Shown piece by piece: positions 1 through 10,134 of a stretch of DNA of 64,000 nt. Origin of the DNA: Thermoplasmatota archaeon (GTDB lineage Archaea > Thermoplasmatota > Penumbrarchaeia > Penumbrarchaeales > Penumbrarchaeaceae); NCBI GenBank assembly GCA_029762535.1, contig JARVGK010000002.1, positions 32,001-96,000 of the forward strand, given 5' to 3'. Position 1 is the first letter of the stretch; each line of letters opens with the position of its first letter. A program made the position numbers and the translations under genes. The notes beneath the pieces were generated by a model. The model made no database searches. It saw only the letters and a list, made by a program, of their open reading frames with translations, and was not told the origin of the DNA.

Positions 1-452
1 CAGTCACGATCCCAAGCAGCCTTAATCTTCATCATCAAAAGGACGGATCTTTTTGGAACGATGACCTTTTCTCCTTCGATGTCCCTTGTTTCCATTCGTC
101 CATCAATAATGCTCAAATTAAGGGTATCTCTCTTCCCCTCGAAGCAATCGGATCCTCTGTTAGCAATGTCTATGATGACCTTTCCGCTCGCTGTCGGTCT
201 GAATACCGAGTTCGTCGTCTCCGGGTCCGGATGATAGTCCCTGTGGTCTAGCAGATATTTCTTCAAGGCCTTCTTGGTCCTGCTGTTGGTGATGATATCT
301 ATATCGATGGACCCCCAGTAATCATTGTAGGAATGAACTGCCCAACCACCGACAAGGACCGTGATGGGATGTTCCAGTGACGACTCTCTTTCATTGACCC
401 ATGAGAAGATCGCTTTCAGTTCCTCGAGTGAATCACGTGCTATTTGCTCCAT
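1..452 (-). CDS. Nucleotidyltransferase, AbiEii/type IV TA toxin-like (partial, runs off the window start)
   Basis: Not in ORF track. Manual translation from ATG 452 gives MEQIARDSLEELK...VLVGGWAVHSY...SIDIDI, a GG...DxD NTase motif. Overlaps the stop of the 433-1425 gene. Confidence 0.75.
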   Translation of the reverse strand, partial: MEQIARDSLEELKAIFSWVNERESSLEHPITVLVGGWAVHSYNDYWGSIDIDIITNSRTKKALKKYLLDHRDYHPDPETTNSVFRPTASGKVIIDIANRGSDCFEGKRDTLNLSIIDGRMETRDIEGEKVIVPKRSVLLMMKIKAAWDRD

Positions 453-1425
453 AGGCCCTCACCATCTCGATGAGCAGGTCCCTTCCGGAATAACCAAGAC
501 CTGCAACATCCAGTAGGGTCTGCTCCCTTGAAGAGACCCTGACACCATCGTTCATTTCGGAACGGGAGATCACATCCCTGTCGGGTAGTAGAACCTTGAG
601 CCTAACACCGTCCTTCATATCTCCGGAAAACTCCCTCTTGATGATCTTCCTTGTCCTCTCATCATCCGCGTAGCAATGGATGAGGTCCCCTCTTCGTCCC
701 AGACCGAACTGGAGGGTCGCAGCCATATATGCGGTGATCACCACAGGATCGCCTCTCCTCTCGGACCAATCGGACAGGGTCCTTGCCAGGTCATGTGGCG
801 AATCGAACGATGTGTGTATCTCATAACTTTCCATGTCCTTCAGTGGTCTCTCCCATGCGGCGGCGTTCATGAGGTCCATGAGGTTCGTTAACTCCACCAG
901 ATCCCCCCTGCGTTCCACGAGCCCTCTGGATATGAGGTTTGTTATCACACCATGCGTCCACCCGTAGGAGATATCCTCGGAAATGGAAATGCTCCTGATG
1001 GAGCAGGGACCCTTCCTCATTAGGTGGATTATTATCCTCCACGCCTTCTCGGATGTCAGTTTTCCCCTCGGTCTCCTGGTTTCCTTTTCTATGAATATGT
1101 CATTAGGGAGGTCCAGTATCCCTATTTTCAAATGGTCTGCTCCTTTCCTTATCGAGTCCGGTACGATCTTTGATGCGACCATTATCTCATTTAAATTCTT
1201 ATCCAGTTCCCTAATGAGCAATAGCTGTGCAAGGCTGTCCCATGAAGGTTTGTGGAACAGCCCTATAACTATCCTTCTGTCTCCATCCCCGATCAAGAGG
1301 TCCGCCCTGACACTGAACTCACTGGAGATCCCCATGTCGAAATAAAACATTGATCGTATAGAAAGACCCAGTTCTTCCTTAAGGAACTCCTTCAGCTCTT
1401 CCTTGTCCTTCTCACTTATCTTCAT
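433..1425 (-). CDS. wHTH-containing AbiEi-like type IV TA antitoxin
   Basis: Central wHTH (SIRSISISEDISYGWTHGVITNL), C-terminal VSSREQTLLD motif, coupled to the NTase gene. Confidence 0.6.
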   Translation of the reverse strand: MKISEKDKEELKEFLKEELGLSIRSMFYFDMGISSEFSVRADLLIGDGDRRIVIGLFHKPSWDSLAQLLLIRELDKNLNEIMVASKIVPDSIRKGADHLKIGILDLPNDIFIEKETRRPRGKLTSEKAWRIIIHLMRKGPCSIRSISISEDISYGWTHGVITNLISRGLVERRGDLVELTNLMDLMNAAAWERPLKDMESYEIHTSFDSPHDLARTLSDWSERRGDPVVITAYMAATLQFGLGRRGDLIHCYADDERTRKIIKREFSGDMKDGVRLKVLLPDRDVISRSEMNDGVRVSSREQTLLDVAGLGYSGRDLLIEMVRAYGANST

Positions 1426-1459
1426 TATATATCGTTAATATGTGTATATTATATATAGT

Positions 1460-1515
1460 TATCAGTGATATAGATATCTGTTAATAGCGATATATTTGAA
1501 GGTCTATCAGTGATA
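1460..1515. promoter_or_regulatory. Two copies of palindrome TATCAGTGATA, putative autoregulatory operators
   Basis: 1460-1470 and 1505-1515, in the AT-rich region upstream of the 1425 start. Confidence 0.35.
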
Positions 1516-1937
1516 ATAGAATCCTACAGGTAGAGATGAGGAGGTTCAAAAGATGGGACATGGATATGTCGAAACGGTCCTATCGTTGTACTTTATGCGG
1601 ATCCCCCTCTTAGGTAAGGAGAAGCCTCCTCCTTCTGATCGAAGGCGGGATCCCCTCTCCGTCGGGAGAGGGCGGAGGGGGATAAAAGATGGATCCTCGT
1701 TCATGGTGGGAAAAAGCACCGTTAATTGCGTGAGAGAATGTGTGCTTTTTTTTTTCGATCGATCCCCTTTCTCCTTGATGCGAATTCACAGGTTTCGATG
1801 AATGTTGTTAAACCGCTCATCCTACCCCACATAACACTCTCCCTCGAGTATTCCATCCACTGATGTAAAAGTTGCCCACCTGTGGGAAAAATCAGAGTGC
1901 AGGCCCCCTCAAGGATGGTTTGCCGGGGTCGAACTCT

Positions 1938-1970
1938 ATAATTTGTGTAACTTATTAATACATAAATTGT
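1938..1970. promoter_or_regulatory. Imperfect inverted repeat, putative AbiEi operator/promoter
   Basis: ATAATTTGTGTA-N9-TACATAAATTGT just upstream of ATG 1984. Confidence 0.4.
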
Positions 1971-1983
1971 ATTATATGATTAC

Positions 1984-2712
1984 ATGAAAAATATATCCAA
2001 GCGCGAATACCAGATCATGGAGGAGATACGAAGCAGGGGCCTTACCATATTCACGCCGCTGCAGATCCGAAGGTTCCTGCATCTATCCGATCACCATACC
2101 AATCGGCTCCTTGCCAGGATGGTGGACAAGGACCTGATAAGAAGGGTCGAGAACGGAAAGTACATTCTATCCCGGGAAGCGGATGAAAAGGACGTTTACG
2201 AACTAGTGACCAATCTGATATCCCCCAGCTATCTTTCGCTGTGGAGCGCCCTGCACTTCCACGGTATGACCGAACAGGTACCGAGCAGGGTCTACGTATC
2301 GACCACCAGAAGGAAGGCTCACTTGATGCTCCAGGGAAGGGAGATCGTCTTCGTGACCATCGCGAATCAACACTTCTTCGGCTATGAGAGGGTAGGCACT
2401 GTGGTCGTCTCGGACAGGGAGAAGACCTTGCTGGATTGTCTGAGGCATATGGATAAGGCCGGTGGTCCGTCGCATATCTTCGGGTCCATACCGGATGACC
2501 TGGACCTCGACAGATTGCTGGAGTACTGCAGATCGATGGGCACATCTTCCGTGGTATCAAGGCTTGGATACATGTTGGACCTGAAAGGTATCGTTCACCG
2601 GAGGGACGATCTCAGGTCGCTTGTGACCTCCTACTCCAAGCTGGACCCGCATAGAGGGACAACGAACCTGGACCGTTACTGGAAGCTCTACAGGAACAGG
2701 GTGATGGAATGA
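1984..2712 (+). CDS. abiEi: Type IV TA antitoxin, AbiEi family
   Basis: N-terminal wHTH, YLSLWSALHFHGMTEQVP and SDREKTLLD motifs; ATGA overlap with toxin. Confidence 0.85.
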   Translation: MKNISKREYQIMEEIRSRGLTIFTPLQIRRFLHLSDHHTNRLLARMVDKDLIRRVENGKYILSREADEKDVYELVTNLISPSYLSLWSALHFHGMTEQVPSRVYVSTTRRKAHLMLQGREIVFVTIANQHFFGYERVGTVVVSDREKTLLDCLRHMDKAGGPSHIFGSIPDDLDLDRLLEYCRSMGTSSVVSRLGYMLDLKGIVHRRDDLRSLVTSYSKLDPHRGTTNLDRYWKLYRNRVME

Positions 2713-3473
2713 TCACAAGGGCTCAATTGAGGGAACTGCACGGGGGTGACCTCCCGCTGCACATCCTTGAACAGGACTATGTCCAATCCCTGTTCCTTAT
2801 GGAACTGTATGGCAGGGACGACCATATCGTGTTCAAGGGCGGGACCTTCATAAAACACGCATACGGACTTGACAGGTTCTCTGAGGACCTGGATTTCACA
2901 CTCCGGGATGAGTTCGATATCGTGAAGGTCATCGATCAGGCTGCAAAAAGGCTGGACAGATATGGTATCACCGCAGAGGTAGAGGACCTTACCCGGGGCA
3001 GACCGTCCATCAATGCACGACTGAGATATCGCGGACCGTTGTACAACGGTACTCCAAGGTCGATAGGTACCATAAGGATAGAGGTGTCAAGGCGGGATGA
3101 TATCATCCTTGCTCCGGTCTGGACAAGGCTCTTCTTCAAATATCCCGAAACGGCCGTCGTCAACGTTCTTTCTTTGAGAAAGGAAGAGGTCCTTGCCGAT
3201 AAGGTAAGAGCGCTCAGCACAAGGTCCAAGGGTCGCGATCTCTACGATGTCTGGTTCCTCCTGAACCAGGGGGCCGTCCCGGACCGAGAGCTCTTTGTTC
3301 GAAAGATGCAAGTTGTCGAGAAGGAACCCGTGGTCAGCATTGGAATTTCCGAAGAGGACTGGAAATATGACCTGAAGAACATACTCGTGAGACCCCCGGA
3401 CCTCTCCATGGTCCTTGACAGGGTCAGAGGCGAACTTACTGCCAGAGGGTTCGATGTCATATCGGATCCCTGA
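2709..3473 (+). CDS. abiEii: Type IV TA toxin, AbiEii/AbiGii nucleotidyltransferase
   Basis: FKGGT...RFSEDLDF and K..AL.TR.KGRDLYD motifs. Confidence 0.9.
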   Translation: MITRAQLRELHGGDLPLHILEQDYVQSLFLMELYGRDDHIVFKGGTFIKHAYGLDRFSEDLDFTLRDEFDIVKVIDQAAKRLDRYGITAEVEDLTRGRPSINARLRYRGPLYNGTPRSIGTIRIEVSRRDDIILAPVWTRLFFKYPETAVVNVLSLRKEEVLADKVRALSTRSKGRDLYDVWFLLNQGAVPDRELFVRKMQVVEKEPVVSIGISEEDWKYDLKNILVRPPDLSMVLDRVRGELTARGFDVISDP

Positions 3474-3533
3474 GATGATGAACAGAGGACCCATTCTCAA
3501 ACCAAGCCCCCATGGGCCGGTGGCCCGTCATCC

Positions 3534-3824
3534 ATGAGTGATCTATTCCTTGATATTACGAGCCTCATCATATCTTTGGCAGACATCAGGAAGACCCTCT
3601 CATCCCATAAGCCAGTCCTTGAAAAGGACTATGGTGTGAAGAAAATTGGGATATTCGGGTCATACGCACATGGAACTCATACAGAAAGATCGGACATCGA
3701 CATCCTCGTCGAGCTCAACCGGACCCCTGGCAGGGAACTGATGGACCTGAAATTATATCTAGAGGAGATCCTTGGCAAGGAGGTCGATCTCGTCACGGTC
3801 GCCGCCCTCAGGCCCAAGCTTTGA
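3534..3824 (+). CDS. Minimal nucleotidyltransferase (MNT), orphan with no adjacent HEPN
   Basis: GIFGSYAHG...SDIDILVE...VDLV. Confidence 0.8.
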   Translation: MSDLFLDITSLIISLADIRKTLSSHKPVLEKDYGVKKIGIFGSYAHGTHTERSDIDILVELNRTPGRELMDLKLYLEEILGKEVDLVTVAALRPKL

Positions 3825-4226
3825 GACTAACCCTGACGATCTTCAAAGCTCAAGCCCCCTGGATATCACATTTCTCAGGTTGGGGTTAGGGTTGAAGATC
3901 CAGGTGATCCCATCCACTGTGAAAACAATCTTGTTGCTCATGAGGGTTTTCATAGTTTTTGACAGTAGTTGGTCTTCTCTAAAAAGATGGGATCTGTGTC
4001 GGTTCTCCGATCCCCCTTCGATATCCTACCCCGCATTTTGTTCGTAGGCACACAGCATTCACATCGTTCCACTACCGCATCTCCCTCTTTACGGAAACGC
4101 TTCACCCGGAGCCCTTCCGGCCTGCTCGGCGCCCGTAATTCTAAGCGGTATGAGCATCAGAACCTCGGCTATCATCGAAGGTTTATCGTCCCGTTCTTCT
4201 ACCCTATCCAGTATAGCAAAACGGAA

Positions 4227-4565
4227 TCATAGAACTTCCATTAATGATTCGATAGAAGTTAACAATAGCGGGATATCCTTATTAACCGTTTCATGAACTA
4301 TAGAATAATCCACATCCATGTATCCGTGGACCAATCGATTCCTCAGTCCTGCCATTTTCTTCCATGGGATCTCAGGATGTTCGATCTTCAATTCCGGTGA
4401 AACATTCATCTATGCCTCACCAATTACTTCAAGGAGTTTGAGCAATGCGTATCTTTGCATCTTGTCAGCTCTCATCTCATCTAATGAGGATCCACCCATG
4501 ATCTCGATCGCTTCGAGACATGAATCTCTAATATGAGCCAAGAAAACCTTGTCATCACGAAGCAT
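4227..4565 (-). pseudogene. HEPN/DUF86 (HepT-like) RNase with in-frame TAG at 4410-4412
   Basis: MLRDDKVFLAHIRDS...EVIGEA*MNVSPE...LRNRLVHGY (RxxxxH); both halves in the same frame. Confidence 0.8.
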
Positions 4566-4863
4566 ACTGGATCACGGCCTTATTCATTACCTCTTTTCTG
4601 AAGTACCGACTTAGGTCAGCCGGGGTTCTGACGTCAACTTTTCTTCCACCATACAATTGGGATAAATTCTCCTCGATGTCGAAAAGTTCAAAGTAGCCGA
4701 TCTTTCGTCCTTCCTCGAACTCAACTAGAACATCAATATCCGAATCCGGACCAAAATCATCGCGAAGGATCGATCCGAACAAAGAAAGTTTCCGAATTCC
4801 ATTTTTCTTACAGAATGAAGCGATAATGTTCTTATCGATCGATATCCCGTGGAATTTGGCCAT
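4555..4863 (-). CDS. MNT antitoxin
   Basis: LFGSILRDDFGPDSDIDVLVEF; likely start MAKFHG after CAGGTGG SD. Confidence 0.85.
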   Translation of the reverse strand: MAKFHGISIDKNIIASFCKKNGIRKLSLFGSILRDDFGPDSDIDVLVEFEEGRKIGYFELFDIEENLSQLYGGRKVDVRTPADLSRYFRKEVMNKAVIQYAS

Positions 4864-5127
4864 CTTTACCACCTGACGTTGGGTAGAAATATTGATACAA
4901 ATAAATAAGTTTAACTGTTTTTTAAGTATAGTCCCCGGTATACATATCATCCCGAACCTCGGCTATCTTAGAAGGTTTATTGTCCCGTTCTTCTATCCTA
5001 TCCAGTATAGCAAAACGGAATCATAAACCTTCGTACCTGGCCGCAGGCCAGCTACCAGAAAAATCACCTCAATCCGCCACTTCATATCACCTGACTCCAG
5101 TCAAAAACAAAAGTCAGGTGATCTCAG

Positions 5128-5454
5128 ATGAGAATGGAACAGCTGAAGAAGAGAAATGATTCGTTCAACCACTGGATCGTGAAGTCGATCTTGATCTTCG
5201 AATTAGAGCGAATGGGGCACCGGGTCGAAGTCGAAGTACATCTTCCGGGTATTGGATACTGTGACGTAGTTGATCTTACTGTCGGGATCCAATACGAGAT
5301 CGACGGGAACTGTTCTCCAAAATATCGGAATGAAAAAGCGAAGAAGTATCTTCGCCCTGGGATCCGGGACGTGATCGTGATCCCCATTCACAAGCTTCCG
5401 AATGACATCAATGAGATCCGATCCTACGTTGCTCAATACCTCGTGTCGGATTGA
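5128..5454 (+). CDS. Small putative PD-(D/E)xK-like nuclease, copy 1
   Basis: H...E..GHRVEVE...YCDVVD...QYEID pattern; near-identical copy at 9125; AGGTGAT SD. Confidence 0.55.
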   Translation: MRMEQLKKRNDSFNHWIVKSILIFELERMGHRVEVEVHLPGIGYCDVVDLTVGIQYEIDGNCSPKYRNEKAKKYLRPGIRDVIVIPIHKLPNDINEIRSYVAQYLVSD

Positions 5455-5612
5455 TCGATATTACTTTATTCGGTTCTTTCTCGCCCCCTTACTTCCTCAT
5501 CGGCAATTCACAATCCTCGCCTCATGGTCCTGAAGTACCACCAGGAGCCCTACCCTTACTCCTTTTCGGCTGCGGGATTCTTACCACTTCGTCGTACTCC
5601 CAACCCCAACTA

Positions 5613-5691
5613 CCGCATTACATTCGCAGGCTCATTACATTGACCACGTTACACTTCCCCATCTTCCTGAAGTACGTAGTCAGTCGATGAG
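5613..5691. repeat. 79-bp conserved block, copy 1 (also 9609-9687, 12597-12675)
   Basis: ccgcattacattcgcaggctcattacattgacc...ctgaagtacgtagtcagtcgatgag, near-identical in three places. Confidence 0.9.
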
Positions 5692-5716
5692 ACGGAGGTT
5701 AGGAAAGGTTGTTAGA

Positions 5717-6244
5717 TTATTTTATTAAATTCATTAATTCATTAATATTAATTTTCTTAAATAATATTTCACCTAATCCTGGATCTATATTTAATTTTTT
5801 CACATCAACATTTGTTAATCTCATTTTTGGTTTCTTTATTATGTTAAATATTTCATTTTTTAAGGTTTTTGATAAAGCTGGAATAATTATATATGAATTA
5901 TTATTATCAATCATTATTAACATATATTGTTTTGTATATGAATTTAATTCATTGTAATATATTTTTTTAATATTACTTGGATCAATACGTATTTTATTAA
6001 AAATAAAACTGAATATAATATTTTTGTTTATAGATAATTTTATTGGTATTTTTATTAATGCATATAAAATATATATCAATCCAATTGATGATAATATATT
6101 GAGTAAATATAATGTGAACAATAAATCATCAAGTAAATTATCTATTAAAAAGAAAATAATGGCAAAACAATTTATAATTAATAATGATAAAAAACTCAAT
6201 AATAATCCGTAAAAATAATAATTATTTATTATTTTAAATTTCAT
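5717..6244 (-). CDS. AT-rich membrane protein, putative immunity protein 1
   Basis: Two N-terminal TM segments; ATGA overlap with the upstream large ORF. Confidence 0.55.
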   Translation of the reverse strand: MKFKIINNYYFYGLLLSFLSLLIINCFAIIFFLIDNLLDDLLFTLYLLNILSSIGLIYILYALIKIPIKLSINKNIIFSFIFNKIRIDPSNIKKIYYNELNSYTKQYMLIMIDNNNSYIIIPALSKTLKNEIFNIIKKPKMRLTNVDVKKLNIDPGLGEILFKKININELMNLIK

Positions 6245-8733
6245 TCTTTCAACTCCGTTGCATGAATTACAAAAGAAAGTTCACCTATACCTTTGTAAGG
6301 ACTATTATTCTCTCCTTTAATAGTATAAATTCCATAACCAGAAAAATAAGCTCCTCCTTCGTCATAGATTATGCAATTTTTTGGATTTAATAATTCACCT
6401 TCATCAATTTCTCCATTTTCATTATAATCCAAATACACTTTATTGTTTATTATATCAAAAATTATAAATCCAATTGGAGTACCCGATGAAGGAGATATAT
6501 CTATAAAATCATCGTTCTCATCTTCATCAACAAGGTTAAAACAATCTTTATCGACAATCCATATTCTTAATTCAATAGTATCTAAACAGGTATATAACTT
6601 TGGAGGTTGTTTACTATTTTCATCCCAATCACGTAATGACCAAGTGTGTATATAGTCATATTTTATATTAGGATTCATGAATTGATTAGTAATAATTGGA
6701 AGCCAGGTATATACACTCATATATATTGCTGGATCAGGCCTTATTAAATTGCCATCAATCCAAGATGCCTTATCAAATTCATTATTTTTTAAAAGAGAAG
6801 TTTTATGTTTGTATTGTACTAAATCAATACAAACTTCATAATTATAATCGTAATCATTTTCGAAAGATATCGAAGTTGACCGAATCCTATTGTAGTTCCT
6901 TTTTCTTTCTTCAACAAAGTGTGTTTCGTATCTTACAATAAAAATTATTGCATCTATCAACCATGGAATTGCTCCAACACACCATGCGATCGCAGCGAAT
7001 GGTGATAATACCTTATCAACACCGAAGAATATTGAAATAGCCATACAAGTCGCACTTGCTATATATACAATTCCAGCCCAGGTTTTTTGTTTCAATTTTA
7101 AGTTCCAATCATCATCTTCAATTAAAAACCCATATAACCATATTCCTGCTCCTATGCAAGTTAATATAAAAGAAATAATTGAACAAATTTGTGTACCAAG
7201 TGTAGCACCACCACCAGTGATTACTGCTTCACCTCCTAGTTGTGTGGCCATACCTAATAATGAAAATACGAAACCTAAACAATTTTGTAATGCCTTATAT
7301 AATAAATATATTATACCGTAAATATCAATAATATCCTCAATATTAATTCCTTTTGTAGATTCATAAATATCAACCCCAAAAAGCTTATCGGTTAAATTAT
7401 CAATGGTGAAATAATTTGAATAGTCCTCCATGAAATCTAAATAATTAGTAAAACTAACATTTGTTTCAATATTAAATAAATCAATCAGAGTTTTAAATAA
7501 TAATTCCATTATGATATAATATAAGTCAGATACTATAGATGAAAATTGACTAATATATTTATTAATGTTAATAAATATTGGAATTAAAATTTTTGCAGGA
7601 GAAAAAATATTCAATAATATTGAGTTTAATTTTTCCTGAACATTATCAGATAATTCTTCAGAAATGGAAATTATCATAAACAAATTGCATAGTTCAGGAA
7701 TATGTGTTGTTATACATTCTTTAATTTCGATAAATGAGGATGTTACGACACCTTCAATATAATTTATTATAACTTTCAAACCGTCGATTATTCTTAATAT
7801 TACTTTATTTAACAATTTTAACGGACCAATAAAATTATTAATAATTATATCAGCTATACTTGGTAGTTCTTTATGATTATATCCAATATTATCATTCCTA
7901 TCCATTGCTGTTAGGTTGATATTAAATCCTTCCAAAATAGCAGATTTAAATTTTTCCCAGCTATTTATTGACCATTCAAATGAGTAACTAACATTTGTTA
8001 AATCATTACAATAAATGGTTTGGTCTTCTAATGAAGTGATGTCAACATTTATAAATCTTATACCAAAAAGATCTTTTACACCTACCTCGAATATTATTTT
8101 AAATCCACCATCTGGTATCTTTAACATTCCAAGATTGCAATATTGCACCTCATAGAATGGATTAAATTGCCAAATTTCTGGTGGAGTTCCATCAATACCT
8201 GTTGCAGATGAATTGAATCCCCCCATTAACTCTTGGCTGTCTGTTATTCCATCTTCATCGGTATCATTTTTATTAGGATCTGTTAAATTGCAAAATTCTT
8301 GATAATCATTTAAACCATCATAATCTGTATCATAAATCAATGGATTAGAATTTACATAATAATAAGAGTATTGTTCAAAAGTAGCCTCATATATAATTAA
8401 AACCCTCCATCCAATAATTTCTTTTTTATCCGAAAGTCCATCCCCATCAGTATCAAATAAAATTGCACTCGTTTCAGATCCATCTCTTATTCCATTTCCG
8501 TTCAGATCCTCTTCGTTGTCGGGGATCCCGTCTCTGTCTGAATCTTTCGAGAGCGGGTTATATCCCCATTGGATTTCCGCAGAATCATTGAATCCGTCAC
8601 TGTCAGTATCGTTTGAATTCGGATCCGTCTCTGTCCAGATCTCATTATTTGAGTATATTCCGTCTCCATTGTCTCCGTCTATTCTTCCATTCCTATTACG
8701 ATCTTCTATTCCATCTTTTATTGTGTCTTTCAT
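6241..8733 (-). CDS. DxDxDG (thrombospondin type 3-like Ca-binding) repeat protein with variable TM C-terminus, module 1
   Basis: Homology to the other modules starts at MKDTIKDG (ATG 8733). DTDxDGxxD repeats, TGIDGxPP, INLTAMDRN.NIG, then TM helices and a unique C-terminal domain. Confidence 0.75.
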   Translation of the reverse strand: MKDTIKDGIEDRNRNGRIDGDNGDGIYSNNEIWTETDPNSNDTDSDGFNDSAEIQWGYNPLSKDSDRDGIPDNEEDLNGNGIRDGSETSAILFDTDGDGLSDKKEIIGWRVLIIYEATFEQYSYYYVNSNPLIYDTDYDGLNDYQEFCNLTDPNKNDTDEDGITDSQELMGGFNSSATGIDGTPPEIWQFNPFYEVQYCNLGMLKIPDGGFKIIFEVGVKDLFGIRFINVDITSLEDQTIYCNDLTNVSYSFEWSINSWEKFKSAILEGFNINLTAMDRNDNIGYNHKELPSIADIIINNFIGPLKLLNKVILRIIDGLKVIINYIEGVVTSSFIEIKECITTHIPELCNLFMIISISEELSDNVQEKLNSILLNIFSPAKILIPIFININKYISQFSSIVSDLYYIIMELLFKTLIDLFNIETNVSFTNYLDFMEDYSNYFTIDNLTDKLFGVDIYESTKGINIEDIIDIYGIIYLLYKALQNCLGFVFSLLGMATQLGGEAVITGGGATLGTQICSIISFILTCIGAGIWLYGFLIEDDDWNLKLKQKTWAGIVYIASATCMAISIFFGVDKVLSPFAAIAWCVGAIPWLIDAIIFIVRYETHFVEERKRNYNRIRSTSISFENDYDYNYEVCIDLVQYKHKTSLLKNNEFDKASWIDGNLIRPDPAIYMSVYTWLPIITNQFMNPNIKYDYIHTWSLRDWDENSKQPPKLYTCLDTIELRIWIVDKDCFNLVDEDENDDFIDISPSSGTPIGFIIFDIINNKVYLDYNENGEIDEGELLNPKNCIIYDEGGAYFSGYGIYTIKGENNSPYKGIGELSFVIHATELKE

Positions 8734-8782
8734 TTTTTTCGTTCTTTTTATGTAATAAAAAGTGCAGTAATTAATAAAAGAG

Positions 8783-9687
8783 GGAGGTGCATGCTTCGCA
8801 TGCAGATTCCCGAGGATCGTCTCAGCTGCCGCTTCGCACAGCAGGCCGATCCATCTCGGGTTTCTAAGACCCCCCCAGCCGCCTGCGCTGGCCTCCACCG
8901 CAGACCCCTCCGGCCTGCTCGGCGGCTCTAATTCCTTATCCGACATTTTCAGAACCTCGAATTTCTACAAAGGTCTATTGTTCGGTTTTCTTTCCATTAC
9001 CGTATAGGAAAACCGAATCATAAACCTTCGCATCCAGCAAAGCTGGATATACATTCCAGGTCCATCAATCCGACACTTGACATCACCTGACGTGCGATAA
9101 AAACAAAAGTCAGGTGATGAAAAGATGAAAAAGAAAAGAATAGAACCGTTGAGAATAAGAAGCGATTCCTTCAAACACTGGATCGTCAAATCCATTCTGC
9201 TCTTTGAACTCGAGCGAATGGGTCATAGACTCGAAGTAGAGTTGTATATCCCAGGGATCGGATACTGTGACGTTGTTGATCTCACTGTCGGGATCCAGTA
9301 CGAGATCGACGGGAACTGCTCCCCAAAGTACAGAAATGAGAAAGCAAAAAAGTATCTTCGACCTGGGATCCGGGACGTGATCGTGATCCCCATTCATAAG
9401 CTTCCGAAAGACATCAACGAGATCCGATCCTACGTTGCTCAATACCTCGTGTCGGATTGATCGATAATGCTTTATTCGGTTCTTTCTCGCCCCCTTGTAT
9501 CCTCGATGCGAATTCACAGGCTTCACTTCATGATTGTACACCGCTCACCCTACCCTATTCGCTTTCAGTTGCAGGACTCTTCGCATCTCGTCACACTCCC
9601 CCAAACCCCCGCATTACATTCGCAGGCTCATTACATTGACCACGTTACACTTTCCCATCTTCCTGAAGTACGTAGTCAGTCGATGAG
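8783..9687. repeat. Modular palindromic intergenic element carrying the 111-aa ORF
   Basis: Blocks shared with 4070-4231/4954-5691 and 12173-12675, e.g. tgcatgcttcgcatgca and ccgcagacccctccggcctgctcggcg. Confidence 0.8.
9125..9460 (+). CDS. Small putative PD-(D/E)xK-like nuclease, copy 2
   Basis: Near-identical to 5128-5454. Confidence 0.55.
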   Translation: MKKKRIEPLRIRSDSFKHWIVKSILLFELERMGHRLEVELYIPGIGYCDVVDLTVGIQYEIDGNCSPKYRNEKAKKYLRPGIRDVIVIPIHKLPKDINEIRSYVAQYLVSD

Positions 9688-9903
9688 CACGGGAGGGAGA
9701 AACGGATACTAGTTCATTCTTCTTTACTTACCCTAACCACAATCGACTGGCAGTTAAGAATTATGATACCATGTATGAGCCATTTGTTGCTATTTGCATT
9801 GGCCTCTATGTTCGATCAATAGGAGGAATCTTCGTTATAATTTTAGTAAAGGTTAATGGTCAAACTGAATTATAAGTAGGTGATCGTTATGCATGTTGAT
9901 AAA

Positions 9904-10134
9904 TTATTTTATTTTATGTTTCTTTTTTCCATTGAGACTATTAACTTTTATTTTCTCTAATATATTAGGCAATAAATAAATTATAATAGTAAATATTGAA
10001 ACTAATATACCTATGGCAAAAATAAAATGTTTTATATATATGAAAGCGAAAATAAAAACAAACATCGTTATAATAATTAATATTAATCCAGATAATTGTA
10101 AAATATCTTTATTAGTTTTATTTATATTACTCAT
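9904..10134 (-). CDS. Small two-TM protein, putative immunity protein 2
   Basis: ATG directly follows the stop of module 2; hydrophobic with a basic tail. Confidence 0.55.
   Translation of the reverse strand: MSNINKTNKDILQLSGLILIIITMFVFIFAFIYIKHFIFAIGILVSIFTIIIYLLPNILEKIKVNSLNGKKKHKIK

Larger units (their letters stand above)
4160..5025. repeat. 72-bp direct repeats (4160-4231, 4954-5025) flanking an MNT-HEPN pair
   Basis: gaacctcggctatc...cagtatagcaaaacggaatcata, near-identical in both copies. Confidence 0.85.

Noticed and set aside
1460-1515. Tet operator or vector contamination
   Set aside because: Only the 11-bp core matches; no tetR/tetA or vector sequence
5660-5710. Hammerhead ribozyme in the 79-bp block
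   Set aside because: CTGAAGT is not the CUGANGA core and the required stems were not found
8734-8946. N-terminal extension of the 901-aa ORF (and 12094-12156 of the 673-aa ORF)
   Set aside because: Reads through non-coding repeat or unrelated sequence; homology starts at MKDTIKDG
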